A program made the translations under genes and the position numbers. 64,000 bases of DNA, from positions 1-64,000 of the forward strand of contig JYFJ02000877.1 in the NCBI GenBank assembly GCA_000934665.2. Direction: 5' to 3'. Shown piece by piece: positions 11,550-25,060 of the stretch (position 1 is the first letter of the stretch; the number at the start of each line of letters is the position of its first letter). Source of the DNA: Catajapyx aquilonaris. Its lineage: Eukaryota. The notes beneath the pieces were generated by a model. The model made no database searches and had not been told where the DNA came from. It saw only the letters and a list, made by a program, of their open reading frames with translations.

Positions 11550-14200
11550 TGCCTTCTTGATAACTAGGCACTCACTTTCGCGACCCAATACTTCTTTTTT
11601 TCTTTTGTCTACGAAGGATCTGACTGAGATATGCTGCGAGGGGCCGGACGCCATTTTTAGTCTGGAGGAGAAAAGGGAATGAAAAGTTAGGAGAAGAAAA
11701 CCTGGAACACCAAAAACAGACAATTCTGTTCAGTTGTAGCGTGCATTTTCCAAATTTACCTTGAATTGTCGTGTGATTGAACGTATGAAAATTTAGGAAT
11801 GGTGCATTTTGGACATGCCCCAAAGCCCAGCATTGTCAACAAGTGCTAAAGAGATGTAGGTCAATGGGAGTACTTGTAGAAAATAGGGAAAGTCTGCCGA
11901 TTACACGCTTCAACTGGTTCTTTAATTGAAACTGCCACGAGCATTGCGACCCACTCTGATCGATTGGTGGAAAAAGGGGTTGAAAATTAATCAATCGGCT
12001 GCAACAGTCACGTAAAGGATTAGGTGAAACACTTAGAAACACTTGAAAGTGTCTTTTTGTGGGGTGTCTTTGGGGCGAGAGAAAAATAATGTCTGAGAGT
12101 ACATGTCATGGTTAAGCGCAGTTTGTTCTAATGACACTTGATCACGCTTGTAGAACATTTTCACAACGGTTTTACGGGATTCTGTTCCCATGGGAGCTTT
12201 AGAATTGTGCATGCGATCGCATTCTGCTTCGCCATGTCTAAACTGCACACCAACTTTAGTAATTGTGAATTGTAATACTATATAAACTGTGCGTTTAGTT
12301 TTATAGCAGTCACAGCTGTGACACTGCGACACTAATAGTTTGGAAACTGCCAGATATGAAAATGGTATTGTTGCTTATAGTTCAGTAATATACTGAAACT
12401 GGAGGAATTCCCTTTTAGGGTTATTTTCTAGCAAAAACAATGGAACACAAGCCAGTGAGCTATATGCCTAGCAGTATATTCTGCACTGCTTGTGAAACGC
12501 ATTCTTGCGGAAAAGCGCATTTTCAGCTCTACTTCTATAACACTATAGAAAACAACTTAATGCCGCGCTAATATTCGAAATCGATTCATTGCAAATGACC
12601 TTTGTGCAAATCGAGGCACGAGTGATAATCATGTCGAAGTTGTTGACTCCAACCTGACCACATCGATAGTTTATTTGGAGTGAACCCATCCCCCCTCTAG
12701 CTCCTATTTTTCCACCCATTTAATCGCGAAATGGATCGCGCTATTCAAACTCGGAAAATCCGGTCCCTCGCTCAAGACTCGAGGAAACAAGGACCTATAT
12801 TTGGACACAATGCTGTGTCTGCGTAGGATGGGGGGATCTTTAGAGTCTGCCCGATGTGCCGGTGAAACGCGAGGGTGTCCTCCCTCAGGGGTCTGATCAA
12901 GCAATGAAATATTTCATTGAGCCATTGGAACTACGAGTCTTTAAACTTTAGATCGATTCTGCATAAACAATTTTGCTAGGGCGCGGTATATGGCGTCCTC
13001 TGCACGGAAAGAGAGCGTGTATGCAGTAAAGAGCTTTTCGGACTTTTCCCCATACAACTCCGAACAACACTGCCGACATTGGTAGCTGCTGGAATAAAAG
13101 GAACTCCGTCAAAAATGACTGCTTGCAGGATTTTTCTGCGCTGAATATGATGGGCAAAATTCCAGCTAATCAAAGTCTTATTTTGTTGCGACACATTTTG
13201 CACAACAATGATTAGGTATATCACGGATGAGGCATCCATCTATCTACCTCAAAGCGTAAGTAGGTAACGTTGCAATTACGATACATTTCCTCCCAGAAAC
13301 GTAGTATTTTTCCAACAGGCTCATTTTCCCCAATCAATGCACTTTTAAAAACTAGGGTGCAGAACTGGGTATTGAAATGCTGTCCATTGTTTATGAACTC
13401 ACTCGACCCTCTTGGCGCCGCATTGTTTATGCCGTACATTATTGATTTTTGTTTCCATCTGCCTATAGCGCGCACGGCTTCCGTGGACCGGTTGGCGGTT
13501 GCAATGATGCTACGAATAGTACTCGTAGAGACATCCGAATATGTGACACTGACTATGAAACCAGATTGAGAGGAGCGTCTTGTGCGAACTTGCTCCCTTC
13601 TATTTCTATACCAAACAAGCCGATTGCAAAGTCTATATGTTGGATAGGTCGTGTTTCTTCCTCTTACTGAATAGTTCGCCTTTAGGCTCTTTAGCTAGAG
13701 ATGAGCCCATTCAGGATCATCAGGCCTCTTTCTCTGATTGGACTGTATTCCAAGCGAACAATGGTCCAAATGGTCGGGTGTCGCACCATTGCCAGCGCAG
13801 CGCGGCGTCTGACAGTGTCACGTATCAATAAACAACTTTGGTCCACTGAATAGTTCAAGTGGAATTACAATCCGGTTTGTATAAATTCAAAGGGTATAGG
13901 CCGAGTCGAGTGCTTTTCGTCGTACGTTTACTCAGTACTTCAGGCTCCATATTTATAGACCGGCTTTTGTAGCAAGTCGGGAGGAATTGCTTCAAGTAAT
14001 TTCCGGGGCACTCTGGGGCAGTGTACTGGTGAAGGGTGGGAAATGTGAATATAATTTATTGGTTCATGTTTGCGTAAACTAATGCGTGGCAGTTTTACTA
14101 GTGCGCTAATAGCCTAGGAAGCATGTGGAGCAAATGTGGATTATGCCGTAATTGGTAACATATCAGCTAAGGTTTTTTCAGTATTCTAGGCTGCCTAATG
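11550..14200 (-). mobile_element. Decayed tyrosine-recombinase retrotransposon (Ngaro-like): RT-RNaseH-YR
   Basis: RT: PPFT...SRL, RSIN, KALDSAY, WCDTRPFG, AIGLFGIEIEGSK. Junction: KILRFWEEMYRNCN, DASS. RNaseH: SAVLFGVVWGK, GRHIPR...YAESI. YR (11720-11560): FGVPG...TFHSL and VLGRESECL. Confidence 0.6.
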
Positions 14201-14474
14201 AGCGTGTGGAAATATGCATTACTAATTAGTTGCACGAATTGATGAGCATGTGTGTGACAGTTGCTAACCGAGCGTTAAAAATATATGCTGTCGGTGCTGT
14301 TCATGAGGTCATTACGTCATCCACGGAGGAAGCTCAAGCTTGCAAACGTCATTGGTTGAACCATACACTGCGCAGTCGTAGAACAAGGTTTCTTTGGTTT
14401 ACTGATTTATTTACAGCGTACATAAGTCTGATTACAATTTATCTTATTTTCATCCTGAATGTGTATGTTGTTGT

Positions 14475-15121
14475 TATAGTAGGAATCAGATCATAATAAA
14501 CATTTGAAAAAGTGGAAGGGTTGTAAATTGCAACAGTGCAAGGTTTAGGACCGGACGGGAAAGAGGAGGGTCACTCTCAGATTAGGACGACCGGGTCCTC
14601 GCCTCGGGCTTGTACCAGCTGGGGAAGTGACGCTCCGAAAATAAGCTGATGAATTTTTTATGGGTGACTCTTTTTGCATTTTTGACAGCAAATATGAATT
14701 CTAAGGTGTCGAAAACCTATATTTTCATACTTGATTCGTATCAGGCATGTCACAAATAGTATATAACTTAGACGGTGCAATTGCGAAATGAAATTCTTTC
14801 ATCTGCACATCAAGTTTTTCTTTACATGCACGTGGCCTATTTGTGACATTCCTGATACGAATCAAGTATGAAAATATAGGTTTTCGACACCTTAGAATTC
14901 ATATTTGCTGTCAAAAATGCAAAAAGAGTCACCCTTAAAAAATTCATCAGCTTATTTTCGGAGCCTCACTTCCCCAGCTGGTACAAGCCCGAGGCGAGGA
15001 CCCGGTCGTCCTAATCTGAGAGTGACCCTCCTCTTTCCCGTCCGGTCCTAAACCTTGCACTGTTGCAATTTACAACCCTTCCACTTTTTCAAATGTTTAT
15101 TATGATCTGATTCCTACTATA
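14475..15121. mobile_element. Young foldback element: 285-bp inverted arms, 77-bp spacer
   Basis: 14475-14759 is the reverse complement of 14837-15121 with only 3 mismatches found by eye. TATA at both outer edges. Confidence 0.93.
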
Positions 15122-15678
15122 GTTTTATTGCAAAGTCGGAAGAAATGTTGAACCGTGGCAGAACCGCCCAGTTTTCTCATTCCATAGAATTCACTCGGCT
15201 GTGACACGAGTTGGGCCAGTATGTGTGGGGTAAAAATTCGTGCTCGCAGTTTGTTGGTTGTAAAGATCAAACTTGGGCTTTAGGCAGGCGGTTTTACTGC
15301 ACTAGTTACTAACTAGAGAGGGCCTTAATTTCTACATGCGACTGAGGAGCCTGTTTCGTTACCATATCGTCGGCATACGAGTGAAACGCCAATTTAGGCA
15401 GTTTTGAATGTTTTACAATACCAAATAATATTTTTAACGATCGCTTGTCTGTTAAGTTCATTTAGTCCTAAATATTCATAATGTGCCAGGAAACCAGGAT
15501 TTTCTGTGGAACGTGCCATTTGTAAAACTAGAGCTGAATATAATGGCCTACTATTAGTTGTTTCACTGCTTTCCAATTTGAAATGTTTCGTTGCTTAAAT
15601 CCGACTCACAAGTCAGTGATTTCATTAGTATAGTCCTACTGGGATAGTGTAATGAGAACTCCATAGTGGCGGAACATT

Positions 15679-15908
15679 ACCGAAGCAGGTTGGCAGGTGG
15701 ATAAGGTGTCCGACTGCTAATCGGGTGGTCCTGGCCTCCTGGGTTCGAATGCCGGTGCCGACGATCCGTGGTTTTCTGTGGTTTTCGACGGTCTTTCTAG
15801 GATAATTCCTGGGTCGCTTCCGTATAATAGGCCACAGCCGCGTCCTTCCTTCCCTATCCTTGTGGTTGAAGAGGCAATGCCAGGCCAACCTTTAAATATC
15901 AATTATAA
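15679..15908 (+). mobile_element. tRNA-derived SINE (family A)
   Basis: A/B boxes, a tRNA-Ser(GCT)-like arm CGACTGCTAATCG, and the core GGTTTTCTGTGGTTT...ATAGGCCACAGCCG. 14-bp TSD AGTGGCGGAAC(A/G)TT at 15665-15678 and 15909-15922. Confidence 0.9.
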
Positions 15909-16149
15909 AGTGGCGGAACGTTGCATCACGCAGGAAAAATCATGATTATCGCTCGCCCGTGCGTTGTAGCACGGGTGAGCGATAATCATGATCACCTTTG
16001 ATTGTATGGATTTTACATATTAGAGCAGACGAGGGAAGTCAAATGTTGCTTATGAAAAAAGTGTTGTAGCCCAACATAGAAGAATCTCTCACTTTGCAGA
16101 ATGTCCTAGACTTCTCGGAATTCAGTGTCGATATAATCGTCGGAATGCG

Positions 16150-17745
16150 AATCCCTGGGGTAAGCCTCAAGATGTAATTTGCATACCGAAATGGGTTCAT
16201 GGGACCTTCCTTCCGAGAGAAAGAGGAGAACCTCGTTGGGCTTAAGACCGGGGGGGGGGGGGGGTGGTNATCTGTGCAAATCGGCCGAGCTTCTCAGGTT
16301 AGGGTGGGCCTCCCCTAGATATATTCCTAGGTTGGGGTCTAATACTATTGCATAAAAGGGGTGGGTGGGTGGGGTGGGGGGAACTCTGACGTATTGTTCG
16401 AGGGCTCTCAGGGAGATCATGGATTTTCGTTCAATCTGGTCGTTGCACTTTCTCCAAACCCGAGAACGGGTAGAGATATTCGTGAAAGTGACCTGGGATA
16501 TCGCGAGCCAGTGAGTGTAAATTACCTTTCGCGTAATTATACTTGGGGAAACATATAGTGGGTTTCGGTATTTTCGAATGGAGTTTGATGGCTGAGAGAG
16601 ATCCTCTCCTCGGAGGTTCTGTTACGGATGAGCCTTCGTCACATGTGTAATTTGGAATTAAATGGACGATGTATAGCAATGGACGAGGAAGGAAGTGCAA
16701 ATCCTGGGTATATGGCTTCGCAGGTCAGAATGAGGGGGAATGGCATCCGAAAATGAAGATGGACGGCCAACAACGGTATTTGCCGCTACCACCACTGCAG
16801 AGTAGTTGCGGGAATTGACATGGCGGTTCACAATTCCAGGGGATGAAGGAAGAACTTTCGGCTTGACTTCGGACTGCTACGTTACTGTACCACGAGCGCA
16901 TGGGACTGAAGGCCAGTCTATGCTAACAGTACCGGTACTCAGACCCCCAGGCCATATCAGATAAGACTTGCATCTCATCTAATTATCACCAGTTTCGATT
17001 AATTTGATTAATTTTGCTTATTTTAATTACATTAAAAATCACATTTTGCCATTATGAGAAACCTTCGCCAGGCTGCAGTCTATCCATAATATTCGTCACT
17101 TTGAAGTTTGACAGTACCAAGGAACAGGAAAAAGTGGCAAACAGATTCAAATAGGGCTCATTGATGAAGTTTATTCCAGCAATGCACTTAGGCTGAAAGG
17201 TTAGGGGTGGATTTTTTGGAATAATGACTTCCAACTGGGCTCGGCTCTGTTGTAGTGGTATGGTATGCAGTGCGTATAGTCGCAATAGGATACGAATCAA
17301 GGTCGAGGGGTATAGGCAGGGTATTGATTGCGTCCAGCTTGGCAACGAACATGGTACAAATTCGAGGGTAAATCAACATTTTAGTTGGTCTCTCTCACTA
17401 GCACTTTGTACTGCACTCATATATATCCCATTATTTTTGCAACTCACTAGGAGCCATGTGTGCTTAAACCGTTGATTTTATCTGTGATTCCAAGTGGTCC
17501 ATAATAATCAATTCACTGTATTTGCAGTAATCTGCGCCAGAAATGACGCTGTTTGTTTGGGTATTTAACTTGCGCAAAACTAACAAGTATGAGAAAACAT
17601 TTCCACGATGAAACTTGTTTTTCAAGTTACAAACATTGCCTTTACCGTATATGCAGTCATTGGAACTGGGGGCATTGTTGTTGTTCACTATCGTGTAACT
17701 TTCCCCAACTTGTGCGTGTGTGTGTGGATAGGAGTAAGGAGCCAC
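16150..17745 (-). mobile_element. Decayed Ngaro/DIRS-like RNaseH-YR
   Basis: RNaseH: VGESYTIVNNNNA...CIYGKG. YR: LNLFATFSCSL, VKPKVLPSSPGIV (KLPITP.IL), KIPKPTICF...RER (WSKTIQF.ER), IPG...LYPFSGL (IPGS.LCPV.AL). Confidence 0.5.
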
Positions 17746-18419
17746 AATCTAGTTCGGACATATACATTAACAGTTTCGGCCTGTAATTAGTTAACTAACA
17801 AGCTAATTAATTAGGTAGTTAATTGTTTGATTGATTAATTGATTGAAAGTAGGCGGTGGGATCCGGGAGCAGCTCTAGGAGAATTTTTGCCCGCACGCTA
17901 TACACTAACTCATGCAGATTTTGATGAATGTGGATTTTATCCGATTACTCGAACGAGAATGCAAGCTTATACCGCATTATAAACTTCCTATAAAGGCGTG
18001 TTCATTTCTCGACGTTAAAACCAACCGAGAGTGGGGTTTAAACGGAGTTTACAATTAATTCCGGATGGCTGAGAGACCCTGTTTATCCATTGGTATAGGC
18101 TGACCGAATGGTTGGGCCCACCACAGACATTCGCACTCTGCTAGCAGGGTTGCTTCCTGCATATATTCCATATGGTGATATGGTGATAGCGCCCTTTTAA
18201 AGCCTGCACAGGGTTTGTTTTATTGGAGAGCCGAGACGACTAAGGCCATCCATTAATTTCAAATGCTAATCGGCAACTCCATGAGACTCAGCGTGGCGGA
18301 AGACTGCAAAGAAAGTTTATTTCACAGGGGATTTAAACTCCTTTTCAAGAAACCGGCATAAGTTAAGTAGCAACGCATATTTTCTGCCACTGCGAAAATT
18401 GAACGGAACTTTAGTTTCG

Positions 18420-19290
18420 TTGCTACAACCCACTCAGGCCGCCTTTGGGAACCACTCCTCTAATATAGTTGAGGCTCATCTCGTTACCATTCTACGAACC
18501 TGCCGACTGACTAGACCACAAGTTGGTCAGCACGAAAATGTGTACTGGATGTCTACTTGCTTTCTGGCTGCTAACTTATAATAATGTGTGACCTGCATGT
18601 GTGGTCGTGCTAGACCGTGCTAGACTCACTCTAAAAAGAGGGTCCATGTTTCTAGAACTTAGGGCACGAACAAGGGCGGGCTGAGAGACGTAGATTCCCC
18701 CATGCACGAGTTGTGTGCTCATGAATGGAATTCCGCTATGCCTCCTGAATGCAAACGTGTAACTTCCCTACGGCCGATATTGATGTTGCGACTACCAAGG
18801 CCGGTTAGGCCTACTTGTCTTGACGACAGGAAGCATTACAATGAATAATGCAGTAATGGAAGATGAGAAGTGAAAAATTACGCGAAGGTCGTGTTACGAC
18901 TGGCGCCGTGTTTATATCCCAAGGTGTCCTAGGGAATATTAGGGGCTTCAGCCATGTAATCTGCATTATTTTGATTTTCTTGTCATTTGCCAAAATCATT
19001 TGTTAAGGCCGAGCAACAGCCTGTAGCTGGGCCAGATATTACTCTGCTGCGTGTCCAAACTCCCAGAAGTAATGGATCACTTACGTGACTGCACCGAACA
19101 AAACGGTTCAAATCACATGAAAAGCCTGGAGTACTTAGCGGATAATCAGGAATTGGGACTTGCCCACTTAGCTTCCGCAATATTGATGATGCGTTCCATG
19201 TCACCTGAATGCATGCGGATATGGGTGCATTCCAAGCATGGCGTTCACGGACCGGTGGCATTAGGTGCTCCGAGTTGAGCATGATACGCG
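18420..19290 (+). mobile_element. Decayed hAT transposase
   Basis: FGNHSS, VYWMSTCFL (TRWNSTY.M), HEWN...VTSLRP, LAPCLYPK (AT.LDPR), and the dimerisation block LEYLADNQELGLAHLASAILMMRSMSPECMRIW, all in canonical order. Confidence 0.55.
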
Positions 19291-19359
19291 ACCCGTCAGA
19301 TATCATTAGCGGAGGAGGGAACATGACGTTAACATAAGTAATGCCATTTCATTTCATGT

Positions 19360-21300
19360 CGTCTTTCGGCCATCATGGTATAAATGGGGTATGATCAAAG
19401 TGTATTTAAGCTTGGGCCAGAAGCGAAAAAGAATGTAAATAATGAAACAAACGGGACTAAGCTGGTAATTACTTTGCAGTCTGTCATGGCGAGGGCCTGG
19501 GCCTCGCAATATTACACTTTTAATTGCATTTTTTATAGGCCTGCAATGCTTTCTCCTCAGTGCCCCGTATAGTTGGTGCCGTGCATACTGTACAATAAGG
19601 TCGAACGTTGCTACAAAGCTGTACTGGTTATCTGATGTCTTGGGATATATGACGTCCATTAAGCACAGGACGACCCAGAGGGGCCATGTAGTCATATAGT
19701 ATGCCTCCCTAACGATATTGTTACGATGGTTCATTAGCATTTCCTCAAGTCCTGGATGGAGCACGTACTAGAAGTGCAACACATGTGTCTTGGTTGCGAC
19801 CACCTGCAATTTGAATAATTCGGTTGGCGGTGGGAAAATTTTCTGGCCATTTTACAAACCGAGAACATTACCTTAATGAGCCACACTCATATTTTAAACT
19901 AGTCGTTTAATCAACCCGTTAGCCAACATTTTTTTTCCTCGATGCTAAATGAACAAGCAGTTCGCGGTGTTTCATGACCTGTAACGTGTATATTTGGAGG
20001 TCTCCTTCAAAATAGATTTTCACATGAACGTTTTATGCATGCTAGAGTTGCATGATATGATTGGATGGCATGAAGGGAGTAATGATAAAGAAGGTGAGAT
20101 AAACAAAGTAGCCAGTTGCACATTGCGAAGGCCACAGCTCTGTGTGACGGAAATCAATGGCGCAACTTGTAACCTGTGATATGCCAGTATTCCAAGGAGT
20201 GGCAGCCAAAGTGCCGTCCGGGTCGGTCCGTGTAGTAGACTATTGACTGATCATGGCAATGATCCGGGGAGATGGGCTGCGACGCGTATCCGGGCCAACA
20301 TTCTTACTGCAATTAGGCCTTCTTTGTTCTGCCTTGCGATATAGCCTACTGGTAATATAACATACTTAATAGGGACAATTCGTATGGAAGAATGAAGTAA
20401 TACGCATGTTTGTAGTTGACGTTATCACGCCTGGTTTACCACATACATGTCATTCAAGTGCCACTTACAATGTTAGAACACGTGCATTAATTATTATAGG
20501 TCTACTGTATTCTTCCAGATCAATAGCCCGAGTCGTTATTCTAGCCAACTCTTGTATCTAGGAAAGAACACACATTGCAAATGCGCCACCTTGAAAATTC
20601 CAAATTCATGTCATCCGCTGGAGTTTCCCCCTGAATTTTCAAAATATCATTACATCTCTCAAGGTTTTTGAAACGTTTGAAGACGTTTGATCTGATAGAG
20701 AGAGAGAGCTGCATTTGATCTCCATCCTACACTCCGTCACACTTCCTTCAGGCACTTGGAAGTTACGAATCCCCTGTGGGTAAATGCACGCGATTAGGGG
20801 AAACGTGGTGTTCAAATAAGAGGGATGGAGATGTAATGAAAATGCAGAATCAAACATGGGACCTAATCTAATACCGATGAATGTAATCCAAATCTGACAT
20901 TTTAAAATAGAAACGAGTCATTTTACACAGCCGGTACCTCGCACGCCAAATTCATCTGCTCTCTTTCCACCACTACAACGCTGTACTCGTGTTTATGTGT
21001 CGACCCCGCGGGATTTCGGGAATTTGGTGCAGTTCTGCATCCACGAAAGGGAAAATTTGCTGGCACGCTGCGCTGGAGGTTCTTGGTTATGAAAGGCGAT
21101 AAGGGGTTAATAAGGAACTTGTATTGTTCCCTTACTTGGGAGTGTTGGGAAGCCTCGGAGGTTGAATAGGTTGCTCCTTTTGCAGCTCAACACCACAGAG
21201 TTCGTCTCATAACCGCCGGAAACTCAGGGGGAAAAACCCTAGAGGAGCCCAAGTTGTGCCATTTCTCTCACGAGTTTATTACTGGAACGCCATAATCAAT
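19360..21300 (-). mobile_element. Decayed Ty3/Gypsy pol
   Basis: RT: IDY, SGGYE, GIRNFQVP. RNaseH: NKEGLIAV, PDH, DPDGTLA. Integrase: PLWVVLCLMDVIYPKTSDNQYSFVATFD...VILRGPGP. Confidence 0.55.
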
Positions 21301-21399
21301 TATGTTGCCGATTGCAGTAAAAAAAGTGCATTCACCTGACCATTGCTACCTTTTACATAATTTGGACAATTATACAGTATATGTGACTGTCAAATGCTG

Positions 21400-24300
21400 A
21401 GCGCTTTGGAGCTTGGAAGCGTAAGCAGCTTGGAATAATTCATATAGTGTATCAGTCATTAATGGGTTTTCGATTCGGCAGAAAAGGTGCTTGCATAATG
21501 TGAACAGCAGCGGTGCAGGCAACATGTTGTTCTGCATTGTATTCGTTGTTGGGGAGACATTGGTGTCTAACCGTGGCATACACATCCTCGTTTTGCGTGT
21601 TTGAGATTCTGCCAGACCGTTCGAGAGGAGTTTGGAGGTAGTGTTACACCCCCGTATACTGCACTGTGTAACTTTCTCAGCCCTAGTCATGCTGGCTGGC
21701 ATCGTGCCCGTGGTTTGCGAACCACTTGCTACGCTTGCATTTTCCGGAACTAGACACACACAAAAAAAAGAGCGAAAGAAGAAAAAAAGCTGGCCACTGC
21801 AATGCCACACCGACTTGTGTGCAGCAAGAGTATGTTGTAACGTTCGTGTCAAGCCTGTACCAATCCTCGTGCTTTTTGTGTGTCTGGAGTCAGTTAATTC
21901 ATAACGCACCCGAGTTGCCTGAGTAAGAAATTAGGTTTGAAAGAAGGCCGAGTCTACACGAAAGGGGAAATTTGCATTCACGCTTTTTGCAACCGGGCTG
22001 GGGAAGGGCAGTACATATGCTGTCCTGTTATGCAGATGAGGACACCCCACCACCTACCTACCATTCAAGATAAGGGTTTGAAAGAGCCTTCCCTTTCTCC
22101 TGGTAGTTCCCCTCTTTTCAACGACTAGGGCATAGAGAAAATAAACAGATCTATACTGCAGACACGGCGACTGGCTGCAGCTTTTCCTGATACAACCAGG
22201 CAGTTAGGCAGCCAAGCCACGAGTGAGGGGATCTTCTGTAACTTTGGAACACTGAGGTAACGTCTTGTTAGGAGGACACTCAGCTGCTGCCAGTGGCATC
22301 TTTTTATTTCGCTATCTAAATTGTGCATTGCGTCTGGATAGCCATCCACGGCCTGAAAACAATTTCTTTTTATTATGGAGTGTTTTAAGAATATGTGAAC
22401 GCTTTTTAAAACGACAATACATTGTTGGTTGTAAACTAACATTTGTCACCGCCTCAGTGTTCGAAGGTGCAGGATTAGGAGGAATGTTGTTTGTGCAGGG
22501 AGGGTGTGACTATATATATATCCTTTATACCCCGTCGCCACTAGCGTAAGATCTGGATTAATGAATCGAGATCATCATTAATTCAGTCCTGGCCAACGCG
22601 TTCTGCCTCTACTATATAATCCAGTAGGGTTACCAGGTGAATGCGAGGAAACCAATTGAATCAATATTATGTAATTATTTAAAATATGTTTCCTTTAATA
22701 TTTTGCATTGAAAGAAAAATGACACCACTACAAACCAGAACCTTCCCACCAGATGCAGTGTAACCCAATTCATAACTAAGAGACGTGTACGGATAACCGC
22801 TTTTCTTTCTTCTAACCTTTGAAAAAACGAGGATTATTGGTTTAACGCACGGAGCCACAGGTAACTACATAAAGAAGGGGAACCTGACTGGACCAAACCC
22901 ACCAACTGTTGGTACTCAATTTTCTCTTGGAAGTTGTGTGTCCTAAGGGGATGTTGCGAGTAGATGGGAGGGATGCGTATAGGTTCTGGACAGAATTTTC
23001 TTTCCTTTCCCTAACGTCCACCTCTGGGACATTCACCGCTGCTGGCATTGGATGGAGCCAACGGGACGGCGTCAACACTGGATGCCAACCACGCTGGCAA
23101 GTTTTGCACTCGGCTGGATAAGATTGTGACATGTAACACATGGCCATGCAGGTGCCAACACGGGCAAATTATACCTATTCGTAGGACAACATACTCAAAT
23201 GAAGCGTTGGTAAAGCACTCACCACAGCGACACGTCAAAGCGGCTTTTCCATCGATTTCGTACTGATGCTGGTCGGTGTACCCAGCACCGAGCAAAATGA
23301 TTTCATCATGTGGTGGCTTCATTAGCAATGCATCTCTGTGTACTTAATGACTCGGGATCAACAACGTTTGTTTGTGCTCTCCTTACGGTGCTCTAGGCAC
23401 ACGCGACTGTTGTCAAGTGTGTTGACCGTGTGTGCATAGAGATGACGAGATATGTCCAGGCTTTTGCAAGTCGCCCGTAAGTTTGTTGGCGTTCGTTGCC
23501 GCCCTCCCAGATTGGAAGCATTAGTGGATAATTTGCATGGGAAACGAGAGCTTTGGGAACCGCCGGGGAAGTCATGTAAGCTCTTCAGATTTTACACCAA
23601 GATTTTCAAGGCGAAGAAAGCCATCGCCATTACACGCACGCTCTTCTTGTAAGTTTGTACGCACCTTTTAGCTGGATTTTTTTGGGAGCGAGCCTACTGA
23701 ACGTTATAGCCTACATTCACTATTCCAACAAGTTTGAATTCCCTCGCCTATACCAACGTCAAATTGATTGCTAATTCGATTTTCTTAGGTGCTGGTGCGA
23801 ATGCTTAAGCGCGCTACCCTTCCATCTCCCCGAAGATAATAATTTAATTATCATATTTGAAGGCAGTACATTCATGCAAAGCCAGTCGGCATCTGGGCTA
23901 GAGAGGAATGAAGCGTAATGCATGGCTTTCAAGTAGTGTCGTGCAATAAGCTGCTTACAAGGTAATATGTCAGTGTTATATGGTGATCAGCCAATTGAAG
24001 GGATCAATGTGTTGGCGATGATTATAAGGATTTGATAGTCCACAGAGCCTGCGAAACTAATTTTAGGGCTGGATAATTTCGCATTCCGGCCTTGAGAATT
24101 AACTTTGGGGGAGACAATGCCTGAGTTGCCTGCGGGCCCGTCCCGGTATTGCAAGAATATCACATGGGATCTCCTATTAGTTGAGACGGCAGTGCGTACT
24201 GTACTAGTACAATGGACTTGCAAAGGGTGTAGCTTGTACTGTACGTACGCATAGGAAATCCTGGGTGCAAATATGTCCAAGACCTTAGCAGTAATTCTGA

Positions 24301-25060
24301 TGCACTCTTTTTGATGTTGGCCATTGTAAGAGTTTCTTCTCTTTCATTGCTGAATTCCCCCCTTTATGGAAGGGTCATTAAATTGTAATGTTCGGCTCTT
24401 GAGATGATTGCGAGACCAATAGAAGGCGGAAACAGCGCGGCCTATATGTGAGTTTGAGCATTACCTGCTCTATTACATCTGACCCAAAGATTTTGAAACC
24501 CTGAGACGATGTTTTTGCAAGACTTAGGACCGCTTGTGTAACGCAAATGATGGAAAATCTCCATTTATGCATGGAAGTCGTTGATGCTGATCACTCGGAG
24601 TCGGTTACTCCACACTTGAACCAGGTGGTAAGAAAGTAATATAGTGTCATTCCCACATGCTCGTCAGAAAGTTAGTTCGGGAGTACTTTCGGCATTGTGA
24701 ATTCATTTTCACATTGGTCTGAAAGTTTGGGTTTTAGGAAGCACAAATTAGAGGTAAACGCCAATGGTTATAGGGGCGTAATGCAATTGCATTTTTCACC
24801 ACTGGGATTTTCATTTCAACTAGCGCATGGCTGAGTTTTCTAAAAGTTGTGATAAGACTGCGAGGGGAATACAAGAAGAAGGGATAGGCCTACATTTACC
24901 TAACTTTGCAAATAGATATACATAGATACTGCTCGATTGCATCCACCGTCCCCACAGGCGAAGGTTCATAAAATTTCGAATTTTGTTAGGATCAATAGTG
25001 CGGCTCTCGACAATCTTGGCCTCAAGGAAAGTAGAGATACGACCCGTTATGCAGACACAC
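21400..25060 (-). mobile_element. Decayed Ty3/Gypsy pol with ~1 kb interruption (~21900-22860)
   Basis: RT: FLEAKIVES, KLGKCR, SYHLVQV, SPKISFAGSVDY. RNaseH: MAFFALKI, YGRLAKAW. HHCC: ECKTCQR...LHPMP. Integrase core: VPENASVASGSQ, SNGLAES, LPAPLLF...TLYELF. Confidence 0.65.

Noticed and set aside
13420..13830. Tyrosine-recombinase reading (GPLF ... GRWK)
   Set aside because: The same stretch fits RT motifs better (DTRPFG, GIEIEGSK) and sits upstream of RNaseH. The YR domain is at ~11550-12330.
23223..23335. Possible minus-strand exon ending at GTGAGT
   Set aside because: It lies inside the Gypsy pol remnant, and no partner exons or recognisable host protein were found.
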